Source: Glaucostegus cemiculus (taxonomy: Eukaryota). From it: 64,000 nt of DNA. The position numbers and the translations under genes are program-made. The stretch covers positions 682,001-746,000 of the forward strand of contig CDPCPM010000320.1 in the NCBI GenBank assembly GCA_976551045.1, read 5' to 3'. The notes below the pieces were generated by a model that was given only the letters and a program-made list of their open reading frames with translations, was not told the origin of the DNA and ran no database searches. This document shows, piece by piece, positions 49,589 through 61,200 of this stretch; the stretch's first letter is position 1, and every line of letters starts with the position of its first letter.

Positions 49589-52500
49589 CTGTACAAAGAG
49601 AATTATCGTGTAAGTAAAAGGACTAAGTAATCTGCTCAACCATCAATACTGAAACTAATTGGCTTCACTAAGCTCTAAATTGTAATTTATCTTTGGGTTT
49701 TGTTGATTGTTATTAACCATGAACACTTAAGATGCTTACTTCACATCGCATATCATACATTAAGCGAGAGTCAAAATACTTGCAAGATCTATAAGTGTTA
49801 AAAACAATTATCAGGTTCCATACTTTAGGCAATTCATGACTCAGATAATTTGAAGATTAGGCCAAATTGAAGTTAAACTGCTTAACTTCTAAATATGAAG
49901 TAACTAGGTCAAACTCAATTTACTGTACATTTCATGTCAGAGCACCTTTGAGTGAATGCACTCATTTGGAACTGCTTCTTGCTGCAGAGCACTATGCAAA
50001 TCATTCTCCTTTCATGACATAAGCAAACTAAATACATTCTGTGCAAATGAAAGAATTAAACTAAAATGATTAACCTATGAGTTAATTCTGTTTTTTACTA
50101 ATTTAAGTGGACAGGGAATAACAAATAAAAAATAACAGATGTGTGACACAGTCTATCACTTATGAGCCTAAATGGCTTTTACACAAAAAGCAATCACGGG
50201 ATACACACAAACTAGAATTCAACAGAATTGGGCTCAGCTATTTTTCTCTTACCTTCCCAGCCCCTTTCAGAATAAGTAAAAATAAAAGGATAGCAAGAGA
50301 ATCTCTCAGGCTATTCGAAGTTAAGACCTTAGACAGAATATTTGTATTTACGTTAAAGTGATCAATTTAGGTAACAATTCAAATTCCTGGTGTATTGTGC
50401 CCCAAATATTCCTTCTTGCTTTTGAAGTTTTCCTCATGGACTAATGAGGATGAGTCTAAACACCGAAAATTTTAACTGGGAACAGGTAGTATTGAATTTT
50501 TTTTTCATCCTTTTAGTCAGAATGATTTCAGTAAGGTATGGGGTTCAAGACAACTCAAGTTGCGGGCCTTGATATCCAATCAGCTTGATGAGCATTTTTT
50601 CGGTACCCAAGTCTAAAAGAGCAGGCTGTTGAATCATCCCGAAGATCTTCACTCAATATGGTGATTAGCTTCTGTTTTGATGCAACCATATTGTTTGGAT
50701 GACTGCAAGCAGTTAGAAGTTCAATTTGTAATGTAATATCTTCCCATTTAATTTATTTTGCTTTTCATAGGTCTGAATTAAAATTCTCCTAACCACACAT
50801 GGTTCACAATAATTGATATTAGCAAGTTTCTCTCCCAGCCCCTTTAACAATTTCATACCATTGTCTAATAGAGTTCCTACGATGTTTTATTCACACCAGC
50901 TCAAAAGCTGCATCAGTGAAAATAATTTGGAATAATTTCCTGCTGTAAAATTATATAAATCAATCCCAATATTCAACAAGATCATGGCTGAACTTCTACC
51001 TCAAACACGATCTTGCTGCTTGACCCCAGACCCTTCAACTTCTCAAATATTCAAGCCACAAAACATTTGAAAGGTTAAGAAAGTTAATTTTGAGATGCTG
51101 TTCTGGAAACCAGTACAAAGTCGATACAGGGTAATGGGAATGTTTTGTAAGCTATAATAGAGGTAGCAGAATTTTAGATGAATACAAGTTTATTTCCAGT
51201 GACTGGGAAAAATCCAGAGATAACAAAAGCATGACAACATTTTAGTTGAAAGAATGTTGCAGTCAAAGAAAGTCAGAGGTGGAAGTAAGCAGTCACTGTG
51301 ATGGAGCAGAGGGGTGGTCAGGCTAAAAATATACTCAAATCTGGCTCAATAGACAGTTGCAATTGCCATATTAAGCAGCAACAGACAGGGGATGAAGTAT
51401 AAGGTAGGGACAAAAGATGAAGGCTTCAGCCTTCTTCAAAATATTTAGTTTTTGATCATTCATGCTTGCTCAACAATAGACAGTCAAGTATTTTGATAAA
51501 TGAAAGGTATCAAAGGGGTCTATAGTGATGATGGCAAAACAGAGCAGTGCCATTACAAAAATAAAAGCCTGTGTGAAAGAGAAATGAATAAGGAATTCAC
51601 ACAGCTGCAATAGGGTTATGTACATACCAAATACCTCTGGTTTATAAAAAATCACCATCTTAAGTTGGCTTTATTGTGATTTCCTGTAAATACTATCAGG
51701 TCAGGTTTTAATATAATTTGTAACAGTTTGTTTAGATGAATTCTTAACCAGTGAAATAAATTTCTTTCTTTCAGTCAGGAAATCAGTTGATTTCATTTTG
51801 AAGAATTTTCCTGGGTTACATGAATCTCCAAACTATTTAAGAATTTATTTTGTTTTCTGGGACTGGAATCAGGAGGTAAAATAAATAGGGCAGATTAAAT
51901 TACCTGGTAGATATAATTAGAAAAAGCTAAGTATTTTAAGTCCAATAGCATTTCTCAGTATCAATTGATAAATTACCAAAACCACTGATTTCATTTCTTG
52001 ACATGACAGGATTCAGAATTCCAATCATTATACCACTGCATGTACTCAGGCTGAAATAACTCAATAGTGGAACATGAAGAACATTTTCTCCACTCATTGA
52101 TTGCATTATCAGGCTACAAACTTAAAATGGAACAGGCCAGAAAGTGTTCTTCAATCTACAGTAACACAATGCAGTATGCAGAAACCACCATTAAATGTAA
52201 CAAAGCATAGGTTCAGTTATCAAGTTACAAACATTACAATGTTCATTAATAAAATACTGCGATATGGTAGTGCAGGCAATTCATGGGAGTTATAAATTTG
52301 TCCTTCAACCTAGATTAGCTACAAACGCTTTGCTGTCTTATAAGCAACTTCAGGCTGAGTTTATTAGCCAAGGTTCATTTCTCCTTCACAGGGATACAGA
52401 TTTTCTCTTACTGATGTATGGTAATTTATGTACAAGGCAAGGGAGCAATTGTTAATGGGCATTTACCTTTGTGTACTGTCCAGGCAGAGCACTAGGTTGT

Positions 52501-54399
52501 ATACTTGCTAAGGTATGACTCCAAAGCATGCAAAATGACAGCCTGAACATGCATATCACAATTATGCACCAGCATACTGCACCAAGGAGAGGTGCAAACC
52601 TCTTGTATTTCAGCTTTTACTGTGCTGTCTTGATAGTGAAAGGAACTATGCTTGTACTTTGTGATGAAATAACCCAGTGGGTATTCCAAAAACAACAGGA
52701 GAATCATTCCTGGTCACTCATAATTAGCACCCTGAAGAGATCTCAAAGCAACACAATGAGCAAACTCTTGCCCACTCTTGCCCATCTGAAGTAACACATT
52801 CAAATGACAAATACTCATGGTAAAACCCAAGGCTAGCTGTTATCAAAATCTGATTTTCTTTTTCAAGCTCAGTAACTGTACTCCTGCTCTTTAACTATAT
52901 ACCCTCAATCAAACACCACACATCACTCAAATACAGAAGGAGAACAATCTTAAACAATGAAAGTCAGTTGTCAGAGATCTGCAAATAGTTGTAGCTGTTG
53001 CCTCCCACAGTTTATAAGCTGGATTTATGCTAGTGGCCCAAAAGAGACAAGCCAAGTTAATGGTTAAATACAGCTAGTCCTGACTTAAAATACATGACAG
53101 ACTCATTTGACACAGAGGTGAAATGGACACTACCCCTACGGTGAGGTTCCTGTGTGATCAAGATAGAAGGTACTGAAAAATTCTGTATTTGCAAGGGACA
53201 GGAGATCAATGGAAAATGCCAGGTTGTGTGAAAATTTGGCATAAACTTCAATAGAGTACTTGACCTGTTTTTTGTCATGACAGCATAATAGAGTTAACAT
53301 GGATATTCAGTAATATGAATAGTGGTCTTGCAGATCCTCAGACTAGTTTGATTGATTTGAAGATATCAGAGAAGAATTTTCCAGATTACTTTCTAATACC
53401 ACAAGATTTTACCTTACCCATTGATCAGGAATGTTAATGTAAATGATATTCAAGTATACTGGCTCAAAGAATATGCTGGTCCTTTTTGTGAAGGCACAGT
53501 TGCAATGTACCTTGACTGATCACTGTCCTGTTTCCTCTTCCTATTTCATTTCCAAAATAAGCAGACATCGATTCTTAAAATCTTTGCTAATGATTTATTC
53601 CTTTGTGTTTACCTTGTCTGAGAAATTGCTTTAACAAATTTCCTATTTGGTCTCTAATTAATGAACTGTTTTTTTTTCCTGACCCCCATGCCAGTACAGT
53701 TTATATGAAGCACTTTTAATCAGCAGGCACTTGGAGACTCCAATTATGACAAAGTGTCTTTCCACTTGATGTTTCTTCATATAGCCCATAATCAGGCAGA
53801 GTCGCTACAGGGTAATAAAAATGGTATCCAGAAAAGCTACTACTACCACAAAAGATACCTTAAAACAGGGTAATCCATAAAAAGGTAATCAAAGAACAAG
53901 GAAGATTATAGTTTTGCACATCAAGTTGTTCCTTAAATAATTGACTTTTGAAAAGCATTTACATCATTCCATTCAAGGACAGAATGCCCAGGACTATTTT
54001 GCATCCTGCAAATTAAAAATGAAGTACTACTGAAGTATAACAGCTGTTTAAAATGTAGGCATACTCCAGTCTGATTCCACCCACAATCCCACATCATTTC
54101 CAAGCAGCCATTCTTTGTTTGAGCAACACACTTTTCAACACTGGCCACATTACAGCCAAGCCTCATTATTCAGTTTCGTGCTTCCGTAGGATTAACTGGG
54201 AAGTGATCTAGAGTACAAGACCCTTCTGACTCTTCTACCCCCACCCTCCAAAAGCAAAAATTAAAACCCACAGGGCCTTGGGAAAGAAAAGCCAATTGCA
54301 GCAATCTTATCACTCAGACTGATAAGTAGTTCAGCACAGACATGGAACTGAACCCAGAGGATTTTTTTTTATTGTTGCCAAGGCCACGATTTATAGTCT

Positions 54400-55900
54400 G
54401 TTCCAAAATACCCTTGAAAATGCTGCTATTTTGTATGTTTTTGGTGAAAGCTCCATTGTTGGGGATGAACTACCATGATCTACAATCAGAGATGGTGAAA
54501 CAATAGCAATACATTTGCAAATCAAGATGGTGCGCACAGAGGGAAAACTGGAGGTGCTGATGTTCCTGTGTGCCTAAAGCCCTCTTGTCTTCTTGGTGGC
54601 AGAGGTTGTGGGTTTGGGAAGAGCTACACTATAGTGGTCGAGATGAGAAATTGCAGTGCATTTTGTAGATGACACGCTCTGCAGCCACTAATCCAGGGAA
54701 GTGGAGAGAATTTCAAGGTCCTGACTTCTGCCTTACAGTAAGGGTGTCAGGAGGTGAGTCCTTCACCAGAAGTCCAGCATCTGAGCTGCCCTCGTAGCCA
54801 CAGTATTGATGTGGCTGGCTGTTAAGCTTCTGGTCAACAGTATGGCAGTGGTGATGGGGATTTGGCAATAGTAATACCCATTAAACATCAAGAATAGCTA
54901 TTCAGATCCTCCCTGTTGGACATGGTTATTGCCTGGAACTTTTACCCCCCGATACAAATATTACTTGCCACCATCAATCCATGCCTGAATATTGTCCTGA
55001 TCTTTTTTGCATTCAGGCCTGGACTGCTTCAATGAAGAACTGCAAATGGAACTGAAGATTGTGCCATCTTCAGCAAACATCTGACATTATAAAGAATGGT
55101 TGAACCTTGGACACTACTCTGAGAAACTCCTGCTCTGGGGCTAGAATGATTGACCTACAAAAACAACCACCTTCCTTACTGCAAGGTGGTTACCCTTGCT
55201 ACCTAATGACTTCACTTTGGCACCTTGATGCCACACTGAGTCAATCGTTACCTTTGTGTCACTTAACTTCAGGAATTCAGTTTTTTGGTGCATGTTTGGA
55301 CAAAGGTTATAATGAGGTTTGGAGTCACCCTAGTAAAACCCAAATTGGGCAGCAGTGAATAGGTTACTGGTGAGTAAGAGCCACTTGTTAGCATAATTGA
55401 TGACACCTTCAATCTTTTGATGATTGAGAGCAGACTGTATGGGCTGTTATACACAAGATTATATTTCTTTTAGTGAACAAATGATTAGCTGGATTAGTGC
55501 TGTAACTATATTAGAACAACTTTGCTCGAGGCACAGTTCTACAACTTTGATATCTGAACCCACAGCCTTTATGATAGCCAGACCTCTCAGTAGTTTCATG
55601 ATATCACATGAAGTGAATCAAATGGGTTGAACACTGGCTTCTACGATGGTGGAAGTTCAGTATGGAGATGAGATGGATCATCTGTTCAGTACCCCTTGCT
55701 GAATAATGGCAAAAGAGTCAGCCTTGTCTTCTGCACTAACTTGCTTGTCAAGGATGAGAATGTCTTTGGAGCCATTGCTCCCAAAAGCCTCATTTATTGT
55801 CCTCCATCATTCATGACTAGCTGTGGCTGGGTTTGGTTTGATCTGATCAGTGGGATGAGAGACTGCTTAGCTCTGTTTATTGCATGCTGTTTAGCTCTCT
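54400..55900 (-). mobile_element. Degenerate CR1-clade LINE, same family as 270-1190
   Basis: Reverse-strand similarity to 270-1190, e.g. ctcgtagccacagtattgatgtggctgg versus ccacataaatattgtggctgcaagag. Confidence 0.6.
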
Positions 55901-56714
55901 ATTTGCACCTTCAAATTGGAAGCTTACAGACAGTATTGAGAGACCTTGAAGTTTTAAATGAAAACCTGTATGATTAACATTAAAACTCATGGCTTTTTTT
56001 AGGGAGTAGATTTCTGGTCCACAACAATTTCAACTAAGTCAGCAATCAATGTACAATTCATTTCAGTGCCCTCATGATTAGTGGGAAGAGGAGCATCAGC
56101 AGCAGTGGAAAAATTCAGCAAGATTTAAACTCATTATTACATTCCTGTAAACAGAAGTAAATGATAAAAAAAAGACTACAATTGTTGTCTGTGCACTGGA
56201 TCCAAACATTTAAAATGTGTTAAAATATCTCAAATTCATCAATCCCAAAAGTGCTGCAAAATGAGTCAAAACCCAAATTATGCAACGTCTCATGCTCTTG
56301 ATTTAATTCCAAAATCACAAATTATACTCAATTTTGCAACAGTGCACGCTTCTGAATAAGCCTGTTTCCTAAAAAACTACTTGCCTGATCTTGAATTCTA
56401 CACAAAGTGATTCTGTATCACGTACCTTAAGTTATGTAAATTTGGCTTTAACCGTACATTCTCATCTAAAGAGATAAACTTCAACCTTCAAAAGTGAGCG
56501 TCTCTGTATAGCAGTGATAACTGGGAACAATGAGAACAGTCATGACTCTCAGTGGGTTGTTACCAGCCACTTGCATTGAGTGAAATGTCCAACCTTTTGG
56601 GAGATTGGAGTATGGGCCGGAAAAGTCTGGTGCTTCACCATTTAATGCAAGTTTAAATACATCAATATCAAGAGGCAAAAATCTAGCTTCTATCACAAAG
56701 ATTTCAAACACTGA

Positions 56715-57135
56715 CAAAGAACATAAGGTTAAACCATTTAATCCTTTATGCCTGCTCCCTAATTAATAAGATCATGGCTAATCTTTTACTTAGTTGCCAC
56801 TTTCCTGCACCAACCCCACTTCACTGATTTCCCTTAATATCTATTGGCTTCTGTCTTGAATAATCATAGCAACGGAGCCTCTCAAGCCCCTTGGGTAATG
56901 AATTCCAAAGATTTACCAAATTCTGTGAAGAAATTTCTTCCTATTTCAGTCTAGAACACTGAGTCTTATTTTGAGGCTGTGACCATGAAAACATAACCCT
57001 GGTAGCAACCTGTCAACCTCATTAGAATTTTTTGTGCTTCAATGAGATCACCTTTCATAGTATAGATCAAATCTGCTTAATCTCTACTAACAGAACAAAT
57101 TCTGCCCATCCAAGGAATTAATCTAGGGCACTGTT
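56715..57135 (-). mobile_element. Degenerate CR1 3' end
   Basis: aataagatcatggctaatc...gaattccaaagatttacc...gtgaagaaatttcttcctatttcagtct. Confidence 0.6.
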
Positions 57136-58130
57136 ATATAAATGAGTACAGACTTGCAGTATAAGGAAGCACTGTATAAAGTGCCAAATGCTTCAAATGT
57201 CCACGGCACCCAACGTTGGTTAAATAAAGGGTTGCACTGCCGCTAGTGTGCACATTATAGATACAATACTGTTTTGGCAAAGAGAAATAATGCACTGACC
57301 AATTTTTTTTCTGGTACAGGAGGGGAGGAGAGAAAATAGTATGTTTTATCAAATTGATGGCTGCCATGTGTGAAATCGGTGCTTTTGATATCCCCTTTAA
57401 TATTGAATCCACAAATCATTAGTTCTTGGGTCAATGTACAACATCGGAAGATACCCGTGAGAAAACGCAATGCTAACCCCATTGACCTGATCTGAAAATT
57501 TAAAGTCTATGCTTTCATTTTTTAACCAGTGCATCGCCTGTTTCCTGTTTTAAAGTTAAATATTTGTATACAAACAATTTTCCATTAGCAGAAAAGATTA
57601 AGGAATTGTTAGTTTCAGAGGCTACATTGACTCCCAAGAAATATTTTCTAGAAAAAAACATTAATTGCTTATTATAGGCAGAACACAGGACAAAGTAAAC
57701 ATCTCTATTTGCAGCAAAATTTCAGAAAATTACATCTTACCCTCTACCTACAATTGCAGTGTGAATGATTACCTGCAGTGCATATCCAGAATCGAACCCT
57801 GTTTCAATCCAATAAATCAAATACTAATGAGATTACCACCATACCTCTCAACTGTAAGGTTTTAAAAAATCACTGTGACCCAATATAAAGCTGTAACACT
57901 TGGAGAAATAGCAGCCAAATGCAACCAATGAAAATCAGCCAATTTACTAATGCTACCAAAAGCCGCACTCTTCTGCAAGCATGAACCAGAATTCTGCCAA
58001 TCACATTTCAGTTTGAGAGGTATGTGCACCACAAAATTAAAGCCATTACATATTTGTACAAATTAATTTTAACCTTGGCCCCAACCTATTTCACCTAAGG
58101 ATCTACTTCACAAGGTTGCACTACACCAAC

Positions 58131-58250
58131 CTTTTCTGCCTGGTTTCTTCCCAGAGCTCAGCTGGCCGCTAACGTCATGTAACCTGGTATCCAGCTCACT
58201 CTTCGAGTCTAGCTGGAGTTCATCGTTCGATTTCCCTGGGACTTTTTTCA
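58131..58250 (-). CDS. BRD4: BRD4 exon encoding a post-ET coiled-coil ([40 protein letters not shown])
   Basis: Acceptor ctgtttgcag, donor AAAG|gttggt, 120 nt, phase 1-1, open frame. The peptide resembles BRD3 [34 protein letters not shown] (recalled). Confidence 0.88.
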
Positions 58251-61200
58251 CTGCAAACAGCATCACACAACAAGATTTGGACCAAACACTTTGGTACCAT
58301 TACACAGGTACAACACAGTGAATAAAATTAATGTAATTTGGAACATGGGATCAGATGCAAATTGAAGTAAGGAATAGCAGCTAAAGGAAAAAAAAGGATC
58401 TATTCATTGTTTGCAACTTAAAAGGCCAATAATCTAAAAAGAGACTTTAGCAAATGCTTGGAAGCATGTAGTGAGGTCATGATAATTTTGCCTTAATAAA
58501 ACATTAAATCACATTTAAAAATTTGCCAAAGTGAAATAAATATAGGATTCAACTCATTGCTAAACATATTCCAACCTCAGTTGTGCTACTGTAAAGAGCT
58601 GCACAAAAATACAAGACAGAGAGAAGGGGAATAAGGGGAATGATCCCTGGTCACTGCTTACAAAGAGGTCAACTTCAGAAATTAATTGCAAAGAGCCCAA
58701 AGCTCAAAAATTGAGGAATAAAAAAATACTTTCCATTTAAAAAAAAGTTTGACCAAGTTAAATTTAAATTTTTAACTACTTTCACTCATATCAAAAGAGC
58801 AATGGTCAAACTGTTTGAAGGGATCCAAAACCAAAATCTAGCTGCCATGACAGGCAGAGAATTCTATGGCATCTGCAGTAGCAGGGTTAGCATGATGAGT
58901 TAGAATAATACTTTTTTCTGTCATCCCCATAAATATTCACCTATGCTTCCCCCACCACCCCCCACAGTAAAATTTAAACTTATGTATCATGACATCACTA
59001 CTGAAATTCACCATTTGCCAAATTCAAAATCAATTTCACTGGAGAAGTCAAATCTGGTTCAAAATTAAAAAGGAAATAGTGTACCTCTGAAAACCAGCTG
59101 TTGCTCTGACCTCTATATTAAGCAGCCCCAAAGATGTCAATACCCAACCTGTGCATGCCCATTCACAAGTCCAATGATGCTGTAACAGTGTAGATCATTT
59201 AACAATGATCATACATCCAAAGTAAAAAGATAATCATTGTAACAAAAAACTGAATATTACAATATCTTCCAATAACGAAGGCAGATATCACCCAGATTAG
59301 GGCCAAAGAACCCATTCACATAGAGCGCAATGAAAATCACATCATTTTACGAATAACTACACCAAAATTAACAATTTTTCACTGAGTCCTTACTGTAATC
59401 CATAGACAAATTGGTTATATTTCACTTGCAACTACTGATCAAGTTATTAATAAAATGCATTGAAGCAAATTATCTATTCTATTGTACAGCAAGTCCTTTT
59501 CCCCAACATCATACGTGAATCTTACAAATATAGTACCAATGGTCTTCATAAGAATACAATCACATCTTAGATGTGTGAGCAGAAGAACGTATTCCATCTT
59601 AACTGTTCATGGACTGATTTGGGGGAAAATGCTGTAACCTGGGATCTGGAACAAATTTAAACCTCATATGCGTACAGATGTTAGCTACCAAGAACATGCA
59701 AATTCAGATATCTGTCACACAATCTGAAGATCAAATCATTGGTACAGGAAGCACCAAATTACAAAGCAACTGGTTAAAGTTGCTCTACATTCCAGAAGCA
59801 TTTTTATGGACAGGACATTTTAATGTACTATGGAATGCTCCTGGCATTTGGAATATAGAAAATGAAACTGTCAAAAATCAGAACCAGCAAGTTTTCAAGG
59901 ACTGATGATGTAGAAAAATTTCCTGGAGTTCTACTACCTGTTATTTCAAACTTGAATTAAGCACAGTGGATAACGGTATAGGAGTACATAGTATGTTTTT
60001 TTTTAAACCAGGAGGTGGAAGAAGAAAATATTTTGCCATTTACTTTAAATTAAGCAATCTTAATTCCACAATCCTAAAGGTTTGGAGCGAATTTTAAGGA
60101 TAGTGGTCATGTATAAATTCTACCCTATCCCAATGAACAAAGCAATGATCAGCACACTAATACAGGAATGTCAAAGTCTGTCTTTGTATTTATGATTGGG
60201 GGTTGCCTGTTCCCATGTACATTTAATTAATTAGGAATGTACATCTGTCATGATTTACCTGGAGGATCACACTGTGGTTTTCTGGCTAAGAGTTGGCTAA
60301 AGTCAGTTCAACTGCACCAGAATTGAGTAAGGGTTGGTTTTGTGAAATATTTTCTCTCAGAAAAACAGTATTTCAATCTATTATATGAGAAACATGTTTT
60401 CCCATCCTGTCAAGACTCCTCAGGATCTTAGGTTTCAATAAACTTTCCTCTCACTTTTCTAAACTCTACCACATACAAGCAAAGCCCATTCAAACCTCAT
60501 TTTAGTTATTTGTCCTGAAATCTTCTGAACTCCTTCCAACAATATTAACATCCTTTTTTTTTATGAGTAAGATTAATGCCGTATAGTGCCACTCCACATG
60601 TGGTCTAACCAATGGCATCTGATCTCCCTAGCATTAACAGTGATGGCTTTCTCCATTACTGGAGTGTTTGCATACTAGCTTTTTGCAAATCATGCACTAG
60701 TTCACCCAGATGCCTCTGCATCTGAGGTCTCTCATAATATGCTTCTTTCCTATTTTCCCCTGACAGAAGCACAACTGAAGTCACTGCTGCGAGTTTTAAT
60801 CATACATAATGTAATCTCAGAACTATACAGGTCCTGGCAGCAAATCCCTCATTTCAAAGTCCTTAGCCTTGAGGTTCAATCTCCACCCACTTAGCCCAAC
60901 AAGGTCTCAAGACCCTCTATTCCCCCATTTCTGGCCTCTTGCACACTATTTTAATCACTTCATCACTGGTCACCTTGCCAACATGCTCTATAATTCTCCT
61001 CCTAAAACACTGTCCTGCAAATCTACTCCTTAGACCAAATTTCAGTCACTGTCATTGATATTGCCTGTGTCACCACCAAAAGGATACCAACATTGCTCTT
61101 AAGTGTCTTGGGACATTATGCAGCATTAAAAGGCATTTTTTGTGGTTTCTTGATCAGTTAATGGTGCAGTGACACAATGTGCTGGCAACATGGGTAAACT

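Larger units (their letters stand above)
10935..58250 (-). other. BRD4: BRD4 gene, 3' portion (long isoform: post-ET exons through 3' UTR); the 5' part lies beyond the window
   Basis: 11 exons with phase-consistent splice sites sum to 2030 nt (2 nt + 676 codons including stop). The translation is collinear with vertebrate BRD4 from the SEED region to the C-terminal motif. Confidence 0.97.

Noticed and set aside
50441-50468. ctaatgag...gaaa resembling a hammerhead core
   Set aside because: The core is CUAA rather than CUGA and no convincing stems form.
12563-58250. Assignment as BRDT, because it has both the coiled coil and a C-terminal motif
   Set aside because: The C-terminus, His tract, [33 protein letters not shown] and the exon structure all match BRD4.
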